From: Eledone cirrhosa
Taxonomy: Eukaryota
Reading direction: 5' to 3'
Length of the DNA: 64,000 nt
Assembly: GCA_964016885.1 (NCBI GenBank)
Contig: OZ024754.1
Location: 19,406,001-19,470,000 of the forward strand
Part shown: positions 39,700 through 55,700 of the stretch, piece by piece
Layout of the letters: every line of letters starts with the position of its first letter
How positions within the stretch are numbered: position 1 is the stretch's first letter
Position numbers and translations under genes: made by a program
The notes under the pieces: model-generated
The model's database searches: none
The model's input: the letters and a program-made list of their open reading frames with translations, nothing else
Told to the model about the DNA's origin: nothing

Positions 39700-42600
39700 T
39701 GGCTAAAATGACTCTTCCATGATATAGTTACTTTTGTTTCAACACAATCTCAGATCAAGTCACTTGCCAGACATGTACAACTGTGGCTAAAATGACTCTT
39801 CCATGATATAGTTACTTTAGTTTCAACACAATCTTAGATCAAGTCACTTACCAGACATATACAACTGTGGCTAAAATGACTCTTCCATGATATAGTTACT
39901 TTAGTTTCAACACAATCTTAGATCAAGTCACTTACCAGACATGTACAACTGTGGCTAAAATGACTCTTTCATGATATAGTTACTTTAGTTTCAACACATT
40001 CACAGATCAAGTCACTTGCCAGACATGTACAACTGTATCTAACATGACTCTTCCATGATATAGTTACTTTAGTTTCAACACAATCACAGATCAAGACACT
40101 TACCAGACATGTACAACTGTAGCTAAAATGACTCTTCCATGATATAGTTACTCTAGTTTCAACACAGTCTCAGCTCAAGTGACTTGCCAGACATGTACAA
40201 CTGTGGCTAAAATGACTCTTCCATGATATAGTTACTTTAGTTTCAACACAATCGTAGATCAAGTCACTTACCAGACATATACAACTGTGGCTAAAATGAC
40301 TCTTCCATGATATAGTTACTTTAGTTTCAACACAATCTCAGATAAAGTCACTTGCCAGACATGTACAACTGTAGCTAAAATGAATCTTCCATGATATAGT
40401 ACTTTAGTTTCAACACAGTCTCAGATCAAGTCACTTGCCAGACATGTATAACTGTGGCTAAAATGAATCTTCCCTGATATAGTTACTTTAGTTTCAACAC
40501 AATCTCACATCAAGTCACTTGCCAGACATGTACAACTGTGTCTAAAATGATTCTTCCATGATATAGTTACTTTAGTTTCAACACAGTCTCAGATCAATTC
40601 ACTTACCAGACATGTACAACTGTAGCTAAAATGAATCTTCCATGATATAGTACTTTAGTTTCAACACAGTCCCACATCAAGTCACTTGCCAGACATGTAC
40701 AACTGTGGCTAAAATGACTCTTCCATGATATAGTTACTTTAGTTTCAACACAATCTCAGATAAAGTCACTTGCCAGACATGTACAACTGTAGCTAAAATG
40801 AATCTTCCATGATATAGTACTTTGGTTTCAACACAGTCTCAGATCAAGTCACTTACCAGACATGTACAACTGTGGCTAAAATGACTCTTTCATGATATAG
40901 TTACTTTAGTTTCAACACATTCACAGATCAAGTCACTTGCCAGACATGTACAACTGTATCTAACATGACTCTTCCATGATATAGTTACTTTAGTTTCAAC
41001 ACAATCACAGATCAAGACACTTACCAGACATGTACAACTGTAGCTAAAATGACTCTTCCATGATATAGTTACTTTAGTTTCAACACAGTCTCAGCTCAAG
41101 TGACTTGCCAGACATGTACAACTGTGGCTAAAATGACTCTTCCATGATATAGTTACTTTAGTTTCAACACAATCTTAGATCAAGTCACTTACCAGACATA
41201 TACAACTGTGGCTAAAATGACTCTTCCATGATATAGTTACTTTAGTTTCAACACAATCTCAGATAAAGTCACTTGCCAGACATGTACAACTGTAGCTAAA
41301 ATGAATCTTCCATGATATAGTACTTTAGTTTCAACACAGTCTCAGATCAAGTCACTTGCCAGACATGTATAACTGTGGCTAAAATGAATCTTCCATGATA
41401 TAGTTACTTTAGTTTCAACACAGTCTCAGATCAAGTCACTTGCCAGACATGTATAACTGTGGCTAAAATGAATCTTCCATGATATAGTTACTTTAGTTTC
41501 AACACAATCTCACATCAAGTCACTTTCCAGGCATGTACAACTGTGGCTGAAATGACTCTTCCATTATATAGTTACTTTAGTTTCAACACAATCCCAGATC
41601 AAGTCACTTGCCAGACATATGCAACTGTGGCTAAAATGACTCTTCCATGATATAGTTACTTTTGTTTCAACACAATCTCAGATCAAGTCACTTGCCAGAC
41701 ATGTACAACTGTGGCTAAAATGACTCTTCCATGATATAGTTACTTTAGTTTCAACACAATCTTAGATCAAGTCACTTACCAGACATATACAACTGTGGCT
41801 AAAATGACTCTTCCATGATATAGTTACTTTAGTTTCAACACGATCCCAGATAAAGTCACTTGCCAGACATGTACAACTGTAGCTAAAATGAATCTTCCAT
41901 GATATAGTACTTTAGTTTCAACACAGTCTCAGATCAAGTCACTTGCCAGACATGTATAACTGTGGCTAAAATGAATCTTCCATGATATAGTTACTTTAGT
42001 TTCAACGCAATCTCACATCAAGTCACTTGCCAGACATGTACAACTGTGTCTAAAATGATTCTTCCATGATATAGTTACTTTAGTTTCAACACAGTCTCAG
42101 ATCAATTCACTTACCAGACATGTACAACTGTAGCTAAAATGAATCTTCCATGATATAGTACTTTAGTTTCAACACAGTCCCAGATCAAGTCACTTGCCAG
42201 ACATGTACAACTGTGGCTAAAATGACTCTTTCATGATATAGTTACTTTAGTTTCAACACAATCTCAGATAAAGTCACTTGCCAGACATGTACAACTGTAG
42301 CTAAAATGAATCTTCCATGATATAGTACTTTAGTTTCAACACAGTCTCAGATCAAGTCACTTACCAGACATGTACAACTGTGGCTAAAATGACTCTTTCA
42401 TGATATAGTTACTTTAGTTTCAACACATTCACAGATCAAGTCACTTGCCAGACATGTACAACTGTATCTAACATGACTCTTCCATGATATAGTTACTTTA
42501 GTTTCAACACAATCACAGATCAAGACACTTACCAGACATGTACAACTGTAGCTAAAATGACTCTTCCATGATATAGTTACTTTAGTTTCAACACAGTCTC

Positions 42601-44200
42601 AGCTCAAGTGACTTGCCAGACATGTACAACTGTGGCTAAAATGACTCTTCCATGATATAGTTACTTTAGTTTCAACACAATCTTAGATCAAGTCACTTAC
42701 CAGACATATACAACTGTGGCTAGAATGACTCTTCCATGATATAGTTACTTTAGTTTCAACACAATCTCAGATAAAGTCACTTGCCAGACATGTACAACTG
42801 TAGCTAAAATGAATCTTCCATGATATAGTACTTTAGTTTCAACACAGTCTCAGATCAAGTCACTTGCCAGACATGTATAACTGTGGCTAAAATGAATCTT
42901 CCATGATATAGTTACTTTAGTTTCAACACAGTCTCAGATCAAGTCACTTGCCAGACATGTATAACTGTGGCTAAAATGAATCTTCCATGATATAGTTACT
43001 TTAGTTTCAACACAATCTCACATCAAGTCACTTTCCAGGCATGTACAACTGTGGCTGAAATGACTCTTCCATTATATAGTTACTTTAGTTTCAACACAAT
43101 CCCAGATCAAGTCACTTGCCAGACATATGCAACTGTGGCTAAAATGACTCTTCCATGATATAGTTACTTTTGTTTCAACACAATCTCAGATCAAGTCACT
43201 TGCCAGACATGTACAACTGTGGCTAAAATGACTCTTCCATGATATAGTTACTTTAGTTTCAACACAATCTTAGATCAAGTCACTTACCAGACATATACAA
43301 CTGTGGCTAAAATGACTCTTCCATGATATAGTTACTTTAGTTTCAACACAATCTTAGATCAAGTCACTTACCAGACATGTACAACTGTGGCTAAAATGAC
43401 TCTTTCATGATATAGTTACTTTAGTTTCAACACATTCACAGATCAAGTCACTTGCCAGACATGTACAACTGTATCTAACATGACTCTTCCATGATATAGT
43501 TACTTTAGTTTCAACACAATCACAGATCAAGACACTTACCAGACATGTACAACTGTAGCTAAAATGACTCTTCCATGATATAGTTACTTTAGTTTCAACA
43601 CAGTCTCAGCTCAAGTGACTTGCCAGACATGTACAACTGTGGCTAAAATGACTCTTCCATGATATAGTTACTTTAGTTTCAACACAATCTTAGATCAAGT
43701 CACTTACCAGACATATACAACTGTGGCTAAAATGACTCTTCCATGATATAGTTACTTTAGTTTCAACACAATCTCAGATAAAGTCACTTGCCAGACATGT
43801 ACAACTGTAGCTAAAATGAATCTTCCATGATATAGTACTTTAGTTTCAACACAGTCTCAGATCAAGTCACTTGCCAGACATGTATAACTGTGGCTAAAAT
43901 GAATCTTCCATGATATAGTTACTTTAGTTTCAACACAATCTCACATCAAGTCACTTTCCAGGCATGTACAACTGTGGCTGAAATGACTCTTCCATTATAT
44001 AGTTACTTTAGTTTCAACACAATCCCAGATCAAGTCACTTGCCAGACATATGCAACTGTGGCTAAAATGACTCTTCCATGATATAGTTACTTTTGTTTCA
44101 ACACAATCTCAGATCAAGTCACTTGCCAGACATGTACAACTGTGGCTAAAATGACTCTTCCATGATATAGTTACTTTAGTTTCAACACAGTCTTAGATCA
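39700..44200. repeat. Nested local duplications with 11-, 18- and 12-monomer spacing
   Basis: AACATGACT at 40041, 40962, 42470, 43477 and CAGCTCAAG at 40171, 41092, 42600, 43607 (spacings 921, 1508, 1007). Confidence 0.87.
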
Positions 44201-44429
44201 CGTCACTTGCCAGACATGTATAACTGTGGCTAAAATGAATCTTCCATGATATAGTTACTTTAGTTTCAACACAATCTCACATCAAGTCACTTGCCAGACA
44301 TGTACAACTGTGTCTAAAATGATTCTTCCATGATATAGTTACTTTAGTTTCAACACAGTCTCAGATCAATTCACTTACCAGACATGTACAACTGTAGCTA
44401 AAATGAATCTTCCATGATATAGTACTTTA

Positions 44430-46360
44430 GTTTCAACACAGTCCCAGATCAAGTCACTTGCCAGACATGTACAACTGTGGCTAAAATGACTCTTCCATGA
44501 TATAGTTACTTTAGTTTCAACACAGACTTAGATCACGTCACTTGCCAGACATGTAGAACTGTGACTAAAATGACTCTTCCATGATATAGTTACTTTAGTT
44601 TAAACACAGTCTCAGATCAAGTCACTTGCCAGACATGTACAACTGTGGCTAAAATGGCTGTTCCATTATATAGTTACTTTAGTTTCAACACAATCTCAGA
44701 TCAAGTCACTTTCAAGGCATGTACAACTGTGGCTGAAATGACTCTTCCATTATATAGTTACATTACTTTCAACACAGTCACAGATCAAGTCACTTTCCAG
44801 GCATGTACAACTGTGGCTGAAATGACTCTTCCATTATATAGTTACTTTAGTTTCAACACAATCCCAGATCAAGTCACTTGCCAGACATATGCAACTGTGG
44901 CTAAAATGACTCTTCCATGATATAGTTACTTTAGTTTCAACACAATCTCAGATCAAGTCACTTGCCAGACATGTACAACTGTGGCTAAAATGACTCTTCC
45001 ATGATATAGTTACTTTAGTTTCAACACAGTCTCAGATCAAGTCACTTGTCAGACATGTACAACTGTGGCTAAAATGACTGTTCCATGATATAGTTACTTT
45101 AGTTTGAACACAGTCTTAGATCAAGTCACTTACCAGACATGTACAACTGTGGCTAAAATAACTCTTCCATGATATAGTTACTTTAGTTTCAACACAGCCT
45201 CAGATAAAGTCACTTGCCAGACATGTACAACTGTGGCTAAAATGACTGTTCCATGATATAGTTACTTTAGTTTCAACACAGTCTCAGATCAAGTCACTTA
45301 CCAGACATGTACAACTGTGGCTAAAATGACTCTTCCATGATATAGTTACTTTAGTTTGAACACAGTCTTAGATCAAGTCACTTGACAGACATGTACAACT
45401 GTGGCTAAAATAACTCTTCCATGATATAGTTACTTTAGTTTAAACACAGTCACAGATCAAGTCACTTGCCAGATATGTACAACTGTGGCTAAAATGACTC
45501 TTTCATGATATAGTTACTTTAGTTTCAACACAGTCACAGATCAAGACACTTACCAGACATGTACAACTGTAGCTAAAATGCCTCTTCCATGATATAGTTA
45601 CTTTAGTTTCAACACAGTCTCAGATCAAGTGACTTGCCAGACATGTACAACTGTGGCTAAAATGACACTACCATGATATAGTTACTTTAGTTTCAACACA
45701 GTCCCAGATCAAGTCACTTGCCAGACATGTACAACTGTGGCTAAAATGACTCTTCCATGATATAGTTACTTTAGTTTCAACACAGTCTTAGATCACGTCA
45801 CTTGCCAGACATGTAGAACTGTGACTAAAATGACTCTTCCATGATATAGTTACTTTAGTTTAAACACAGTCTCAGATCAAGTCACTTGCCAGACATGTAC
45901 AACTGTGGCTAAAATGACTGTTCCATTATATAGTTACTTTAGTTTCAACACAATCTCAGATCAAGTCACTTTCAAGGCATGTACAACTGTGGCTGAAATG
46001 ACTCTTCCATTATATAGTTACATTACTTTCAACACAGTCACAGATCAAGTCACTTTCCAGGCATGTACAACTGTGGCTGAAATGACTCTTCCATTATATA
46101 GTTACTTTAGTTTCAACACAATCCCAGATCAAGTCACTTGCCAGACATATGCAACTGTGGCTAAAATGACTCTTCCATGATATAGTTACTTTAGTTTCAA
46201 CACAATCTCAGATCAATTCACTTGCCAGACATGTACAACTGTGGCTAAAATGACTCTTCCATGATATAGTTACTTTAGTTTCAACACAGTCTCAGATCAA
46301 GTCACTTGTCAGACATGTACAACTGTGGCTAAAATGACTGTTCCATGATATAGTTACTTT
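44430..46360. repeat. Partial duplication at offset 1260 bp (15 monomers)
   Basis: GTCCCAGATC 44441/45701, ORFs 44645/45905, GTCACTTGTC 45041/46301. Confidence 0.8.
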
Positions 46361-46599
46361 AGTTTCAACACAGTCTCAGATCAAGTCACTTACCAGACAT
46401 GTACAACTGTGGCTAAAATGACTCTTCCATGATATAGTTACTTTAGTTTCAACACAATCTCAGATCAAGTCACTTGCCAGACATTTACAACTGTGGCTAA
46501 AATGACTCTTCCATGATATAGTTACTTTAGTTTCAACACAATCTCAGATAATGTCACTTGCCAGACATGTACAACTCTGGCTAAAATAACTCTTCCATG

Positions 46600-49500
46600 A
46601 TATAGTTACTTTAGTTTCAACACAGTCCCAGATCAAGTCACTTTCCAGGCATGTACAACTGTGGCTGAATTGACTCTTCCATGATATAGTTACTTTAGTT
46701 TCAACACAGTCACAGATCAAGTCACTTGCCAGACATCTACAACTGTGGCTAAAATGAGACTACCATGATATAGTTACTTTAGTTTCAACACAATCTTAGA
46801 TCAAGTCACTTGCCAGACATGTACAACTGTGGCTAAAATGACTCTTCCATGATATAGTTACTTTAGTTTCCACACAGTCACAGATCAAGTCACTTGCCAG
46901 ACATGTACAACTGTGCCTAAAATGACTCTTCCATGATATAGTTACTTTAGTTTCAACACAGTCACAGATAAAGTCACTTGCCAGACATGTACAACTGTGG
47001 CTAAAATGAATCTTCCATGATATAGTACTTTAGTTTCAACACGGTCTCAGATCAAGTCACTTGCCAGACATGTACAACTGTGGCTAAAATGACTCTTTCA
47101 TGATATAGTTACTTTAGTTTAAACACAATCTTAGATCAAGTCACTTGCCAGACATGTACAACTGTGGCTAAAATGACTCTTCCATGAAATAGTTACTTTA
47201 GTTTCAACACAATCTTAGATCAAGTCACTTGCCAGACATGTAAAACTGTGGCTAAAATGACTCTTCCATGATATAGTTACTTTAGTTTCAACACAGTCTC
47301 AGATCAAGTCACTTGCCAGACATGTACAACTGTGGCTAAAATGACTCTTTCATGATATAGTCACTTTAGTTTCAACACAGTCTTAGATCAGGTCACTTGA
47401 CAGACATGTACAACTGTGGCTAAAATAACTGTTCCATTATATAGTTATTTTAGTTTCAACACAGTCTCAGATCAAGTCACTTGCTAGACATGTGCAACTG
47501 TGGCTAAAATGAATCTTCCATGATATAGTTACTTTAGTTTCAATACAGTCTCGAATCAAGTCACTTCCCAGACATGTACAACTGTGGCTAAATTGACTCT
47601 TCCATGATATAGTTACTTTAGTTTCAACACAATCTTAGATCAAGTCACTTACCAGACATATACAACTGTGGCTAAAATAACTCTTCCATGATATAGTTAC
47701 TTTAGTTTCAACACTGTCCCAGATCAAGTCACTTTCCAGGCATGTACAACTGTGGCTGAAATGACTCTTCCATGATATAGTTACTTTAGTTTCAACACAG
47801 TCACAGATCAAGTCACTTGCCAGACATCTACAACTGTGGCTAAAATGAGACTACCATGATATAGTTACTTTAGTTTCAACACAATTTTAGATCAAGTCAC
47901 TTGCCAGACATGTACAACTGTGGCTAAAATGACTCTTCCATGATATAGTTACTTTAGTTTCCACACAGTCACAGATCAAGTCACTTGCCAGACATGTACA
48001 ACTGTGCCTAAAATGACTCTTCCATGATATAGTTACTTTAGTTTCAACACAGTCACAGATAAAGTCACTTGCCAGACATGTACAACTGTGGCTAAAATGA
48101 ATCTTCCATGATATAGTACTTTAGTTTCAACACGGTCTCAGATCAAGTCACTTGCCAGACATGTACAACTGTGGCTAAAATGACTCTTTCATGATATAGT
48201 TACTTTAGTTTAAACACAATCTTAGATCAAGTCACTTGCCAGACATGTACAACTGTGGCTAAAATGACTCTTCCATGATATAATTACTTTAGTTTCAACA
48301 CAATCTTAGATCAAGTCACTTGCCAGACATATAAAACTGTGGCTAAAATGACTCTTCCATGATATAGTTACTTTAGTTTCAACACAGTCTCAGATCAAGT
48401 CACTTGCCAGACATGTACAACTGTGGCTAAAATAACTGTTCCATGATATAGTTATTTTAGTTTCAACACAGTCTCAGATCAAGTCACTTGCTAGACATGT
48501 GCAACTGTGGCTAAAATGAATCTTCCATGATATAGTTACTTTAGATTCAATACAGTCTCGAATCAAGTCACTTCCCAGACATGTACAACTGTGGCTAAAT
48601 TGACTCTTCCATGATATAGTCACTTTAGTTTCAACACAATCTTAGATCAAGTCACTTACCAGACATATACAACTGTGGCTAAAATAACTCTTTCATGATA
48701 TAGTTACTTTAGTTTCAACACAGTCCCAGATCAAGTCACTTTCCAGGCATGTACAACTGTGGCTGAAATGACTCTTCCATGATATAGTTACTTTAGTTTC
48801 AACACAGTCACAGATCAAGTCACTTGCCAGACATCTACAACTGTGGCTTAAAATGAGACTACCATGATATAGTTACTTTAGTTTCAACACAATCTTAGAT
48901 CAAGTCACTTGCCAGACATGTACAACTGTGGCTAAAATGACTCTTCCATGATATAGTTACTTTAGTTTCCACACAGTCACAGACCAAGTCACTTGCCAGA
49001 CATGTACAACTGTGCCTAAAATGACTCTTCCATGATATAGTTACTTTAGTTTCAACACAGTCACAGATAAAGTCACTTGCCAGACATGTACAACTGTGGC
49101 TAAAATGAATCTTCCATGATATAGTACTTTAGTTTCAACACGGTCTCAGATCAAGTCACTTGCCAGACATGTACAACTGTGGCTAAAATGACTCTTTCAT
49201 GATATAGTTACTTTAGTTTAAACACAATCTTAGATCAAGTCACTTGCCAGACATGTACAACTGTGGCTAAAATGACTCTTCCATGATATAATTACTTTAG
49301 TTTCAACACAATCTTAGATCAAGTCACTTGCCAGACATATAAAACTGTGGCTAAAATGACTCTTCCATGATATAGTTACTTTAGTTTCAACACAGTCTCA
49401 GATCAAGTCACTTGCCAGACATGTACAACTGTGGCTAAAATGACTCTTTCATGATATAGTCACTTTAGTTTCAACACAGTCTTAGATCAGGTCACTTGAC

Positions 49501-49780
49501 AGACATGTACAACTGTGGCTAAAATAACTGTTCCATGATATAGTTATTTTAGTTTCAACACAGTCTCAGATCAAGTCACTTGCTAGACATGCGCAACTGT
49601 GGCTAAAATGAATCTTCCATGATATAGTTACTTTAGTTTCAATACAGTCTCGAATCAAGTCACTTCCCAGACATGTACAACTGTGGCTAAATTGACTCTT
49701 CCATGATATAGTTACTTTAGTTTCAACACAATCTTAGATCAAGTCACTTACCAGACATATACAACTGTGGCTAAAATGAC
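46600..49780. repeat. Three tandem copies of a 13-monomer unit, the middle copy one monomer shorter
   Basis: Variant C of TTTCCACAC at 46871, 47962, 48970 (spacings 1091, 1008), with linked GTGCCTAA and TTCCCAGA variants. Confidence 0.87.
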
Positions 49781-52700
49781 TCTTCCATGATATAGTTACT
49801 TTAGTTTCAACACAATCTTAGATCAAGTCACTTACCAGACAAGTACAACTGTGGCTAAAATGACTCTTTCATGATATAGTTACTTTAGTTTCAACACATT
49901 CACAGAGCAAGTCACTTGCCAGACATGTACAACTGTATCTAAAATGACTCTTCCATGATATAGTTACTTTAGTTTCAACACAGTCACAGATCAAGACACT
50001 TACCAGACATGTACAACTGTAGCTAAAATGACTCTTCCATGATATAGTTACTTTAGTTTCAACACAATCTCAGATCAAGTCACTTGACAGATATGTACAA
50101 CTGTGTCTAAAATGATTCTTCCATGATATAGTTACTTTAGTTTCAACACAGTCTCAGATCAATTCACTTACCAGACATGTACAACTGTAGCTAAAATGAA
50201 TCTTCCATGATATAGTACTTTAGTTTCAACACAGTCTCAGATCAAGTCACTTGCCAGACATGTACAACTGTGGCTAAAATGACTCTTCCATGATATAGTT
50301 ACTTTAGTTTCAACACAGTCTTAGATCACGTCACTTGCCAGACATGTAGAACTGTGACTAGAATGACTCTTCCATGATATAGTTACTTTAGTTTAAACAC
50401 AGTCTCAGATCAAGTCACTTGCCAGACATGTACAACTGTGGCTAAAATGACACTACCATGATATAGTTACTTTAGTTTCAACACAATCTCAGATCAAGTC
50501 ACTTTCAAGGCATGTACAACTGTGGCTGAAATGACTCTTCCATTATATAGTTACATTACTTTCAACACAGTCACAGATCAAGTCACTTTCCAGGCATGTA
50601 CAACTGTGGCTGAAATGACTCTTCCATTATATAGTTACGTTAGTTTCAACACAATCCCAGATCAAGTCACTTGCCAGACATATGCAACTGTGGCTAAAAT
50701 GACTCATCCATGATATAGTTACTTCAGTTTCAACACAATCTCAGATCAAGTCACTTGCCAGACATGTACAACTGTGGCAAAAATGACTCTTCCATGATAT
50801 AGTTACTTTAGTTTCAACACAGTCTCAGATCAGGTCACTTGTCAGACATGTACAACTGTGGCTAAAATGACTGTTCCATGATATAGTTACTTTAGTTTGA
50901 ACACAGTCGTAGATCAAGTCACTTGCCAGAAATGTACAACTGTGGCTAAAATAACTCTTCCATGATATAGTTACTTTAGTTTCAACACAGCCTCAGATAA
51001 AGTCACTTGCCAGACATGTACAACTGTGGCTAAAATGACTGTTCCATGATATAGTTACTTTAGTTTCAACACAGTCTCAGATCATGTCACTTACCAGACA
51101 CGTACAACTGTGGCTAAAATGACTCTTCCATGATATAGTTACTTTAGTTTCAACACAATCTCAGATCAAGTGACTTGCCAGACATTTACAACTGTGGCTA
51201 AAATGACTCTTCCATGATATAGTTACTTTAGTTTCAACACAGTCTCAGATCAAGTTACTTGCCAGACATGTACAACTGTGGCTAAAATGAATCTTCCATG
51301 ATATAGTTACTTTAGTTTCAATACAGTCTCGAATCAAGTCACTTGCCAGACATGTACAACTATGGCTAAATTGACTCTTCCATGATATGGTTACTTTAGT
51401 TTCAATACGATCTCAGATCAAGTCACTTGCCAGACATGTGCAACTGTGTCTAAAATGACTCTTCCATGATATAGTTACTTTAGTTTCAACACAATCTCAG
51501 ATCATGTCACTTGCCAGACATGTACAACTCTGGCTAAAATAACTCTTCCATGATAGAGTTACTTTAGATTCAACACAGTCCCAGATCAAGTCACTTTGCA
51601 GGCATGTACAACTGTGGCTGAAATGACTCTTCCATGATATAGTTACTTTAGTTTCAACACAGTCACAGATCAAGTCACTTGCCAGATATGTATAACTGTG
51701 GCTAAATTGACTCTTCCATGATATAGTTACTTTAGTTTCAACACAGTCACAGATCAAGTCACTTGCCAGACATGTACAAGTTTAGCTAAAATGACTCTTC
51801 AATGATATAGTACTTTAGTTTCAACACAGTCTCAGATCAAGTCACTTGCCAGACATGTACAACTGTGGCTAAAATAACTCTTCCATGATATAGTTACTTT
51901 GGTTTCAACACAGCCTCAGATAAAGTCACTTGCCAGACATGTACAACTGTGGCTAAAATGACTCTTCCATGATATAGTTACTTTAGTTTCAACACAGTCT
52001 CAGATCAAGTCACTTGCTAAACATGTGCAACTGTGGCTAAAATGAATCTTCCATGATATAGTTACTTTAGTTTCAACACAATCTTAGATCAAGTCACTTA
52101 CCAGACATATACAACTGTGGCTAAAATGACTCTTCCATGATATAGTTACTTTAGTTTCAACACAAGCCTAGATCAAGTCACTTACCAGACATGTACAACT
52201 GTGGCTAAAATGACTGTTCCATGATATAGTTACTTTAGTTTCAACACAGTCTCAGATCATGTCACTTACCAGACACGTACAACTGTGGCTAAAATGACTC
52301 TTCCATGATATAGTTACTTTAGTTTCAACACAATCTCAGATCAAGTGACTTGCCAGACATTTACAACTGTGGCTAAAATGACTCTTCCATGATATAGTTA
52401 CTTTAGTTTCAACACAGTCTCAGATCAAGTTACTTGCCAGACATGTACAACTGTGGCTAAAATGAATCTTCCATGATATAGTTACTTTAGTTTCAATACA
52501 GTCTCGAATCAAGTCACTTGCCAGACATGTACAACTATGGCTAAATTGACTCTTCCATGATATAGTTACTTTAGTTTCAATACGATCTCAGATCAAGTCA
52601 CTTGCCAGACATGTGCAACTGTGGCTAAAATGACTCTTCCATGATATAGTTACTTTAGTTTCAACACAATCTCAGATCATGTCACTTGCCAGACATGTAC

Positions 52701-55700
52701 AACTCTGGCTAAAATAACTCTTCCATGATATAGTTACTTTAGATTCAACACAGTCCCAGATCAAGTCACTTTGCAGGCATGTACAACTGTGGCTGAAATG
52801 ACTCTTCCATGATATAGTTACTTTAGTTTCAACACAGTCACAGATCAAGTCACTTGACAGATATGTATAACTGTGGCTAAATTGACTCTTCCATGATATA
52901 GTTACTTTAGTTTCAACACAGTCACAGATCAAGTCACTTGCCAGACATGTACAAGTTTAGCTAAAATGACTCTTCAATTATATAGTACTTTAGTTTCAAC
53001 ACAGTCTCAGATCAAGTCACTTGCCAGACATGTACAACTGTGGCTAAAATAACTCTTCCATGATATAGTTACTTTGGTTTCAACACAGCCTCAGATAAAG
53101 TCACTAGCCAGACATGTACAACTGTGGCTAAAATGACTCTTCCATGATATAGTTACTTTAGTTTCAACACAGTCTCAGATCAAGTCACTTGCTAAACATG
53201 TGCAACTGTGGCTAAAATGAATCTTCCATGATATAGTTACTTTAGTTTCAACACAATCTTAGATCAAGTCACTTACCAGACATATACAACTGTGGCTAAA
53301 ATGACTCTTCCATGATATAGTTACTTTAGTTTCAACACAAGCCTAGATCAAGTCACTTACCAGACATGTACAACTGTGGCTAAAATGACTCTTTCATGAT
53401 ATAGTTACTTTAGTTTCAACACAGTCACAGATCAAGACACTTACCAGACATGTACAACTGTAGCTAAAATGCCTCTTCCATGATATAGTTACTTTAGTTT
53501 CAACACAGTCTCAGATCAAGTGACTTGCCAGACATGTACAACTGTGGCTAAAATGACACTACCATGATATAGTTACTTTAGTTTCAACACAATCTCAGAT
53601 CAAGTCACTTGCCAGACATGTACAACTGTAGCTAAAATGAATCTTCCATGATATAGTTACTTTAGTTTCAATACAGTCTCGAATCAAGTCACTTCCCAGA
53701 CATGTACAACTGTGGCTAAATTGACTCTTCCATGATATAGTTACTTTAGTTTCAACACAATCTTAGATCAAGTCACTTGCCAGACATGTACAACTGTAGC
53801 TAAAATGAATCTTCCATGATATAGTTACTTTAGTTTCAATACAGTCTCGAATCAAGTCACTTCCCAGACATGTACAACTGTGGCTAAATTGACTCTTCCA
53901 TGATATAGTTACTTTAGTTTCAACACAATCTTAGATCAAGTCACTTACCAGACATATACAACTGTGGCTAAAATAACTCTTCCATGATATAGTTACTTTA
54001 GTTTCAACACAGTCCCAGATCAAGTCACTTTCCAGGCATGTACAACTGTGGCTGAAATGACTCTTCCATGATATAGTTACTTTAGTTTCAACACAGTCAC
54101 AGATCAAGTCACTTGCCAGACATCTACAACTGTGGCTAAAATGAGACTACCATGATATAGTTACTTTAGTTTCAACACAGTCACAGATAAAGTCACTTGC
54201 CAGACATGTACAACTGTGGCTAAAATGAATCTTCCATGATATAGTACTTTAGTTTCAACACGGTCTCAGATCAAGTCACTTGCCAGACATGTACAACTGT
54301 GGCTAAAATGACTCTTTCATGATATAGTTACTTTAGTTTAAACACAATCTTAGATCAAGTCACTTGCCAGACATGTACAACTGTGGCTAAAATGACTCTT
54401 CCATGATATAATTACTTTAGTTTCAACACAATCTTAGATCAAGTCACTTGCCAGACATATAAAACTGTGGCTAAAATGACTCTTCCATGATATAGTTACT
54501 TTAGTTTCAACACAGTCTCAGATCAAGTCACTTGCTAGACATGTGCAACTGTGGCTAAAATGAATCTTCCATGATATAGTTACTTTAGTTTCAATACAGT
54601 CTCGAATCAAGTCACTTCCCAGACATGTACAACTGTGGCTAAATTGACTCTTCCATGATATAGTTACTTTAGTTTCAACACAATCTTAGATCAAGTCACT
54701 TACCAGACATATACAACTGTGGCTAAAATAACTCTTTCATGATATAGTTACTTTAGTTTCAACACAGTCCCAGATCAAGTCACTTTCCAGGCATGTACAA
54801 CTGTGGCTGAAATGACTCTTCCATGATATAGTTACTTTAGTTTCAACACAGTCACAGATCAAGTCACTTGCCAGACATCTACAACTGTGGCTTAAAATGA
54901 GACTACCATGATATAGTTACTTTAGTTTCAACACAATCTTAGATCAAGTCACTTGCCAGACATGTACAACTGTGGCTAAAATGACTCATCCATGATATAG
55001 TTACTTTAGTTTCCACACAGTCACAGATCAAGTCACTTGCCAGACATGTACAACTGTGCCTAAAATGACTCTTCCATGATATAGTTACTTTAGTTTCAAC
55101 ACAGTCACAGATAAAGTCACTTGCCAGACATGTACAACTGTGGCTAAAATGAATCTTCCATGATATAGTACTTTAGTTTCAACACGGTCTCAGATCAAGT
55201 CACTTGCCAGACATGTACAACTGTGGCTAAAATGACTCTTTCATGATATAGTTACTTTAGTTTAAACACAATCTTAGATCAAGTCACTTGCCAGACATGT
55301 ACAACTGTGGCTAAAATGACTCTTCCATGATATAATTACTTTAGTTTCAACACAATCTTAGATCAAGTCACTTGCCAGACATATAAAACTGTGGCTGAAA
55401 TGACTCTTCCATGATATAGTTACTTTAGTTTCAACACAGTCTCAGATCAAGTCACTTGCCAGACATGTACAACTGTTGCTAAAATGACTCTTTCATGATA
55501 TAGTCACTTTAGTTTCAACACAGTCTTAGATCAGGTCACTTGACAGACATGTACAACTGTGGCTAAAATAACTGTTCCATGATATAGTTATTTTAGTTTC
55601 AACACAGTCTCAGATCAAGTCACTTGCTAGACATGCGCAACTGTGGCTAAAATGAATCTTCCATGATATAGTTACTTTAGTTTCAATACAGTCTCGAATC

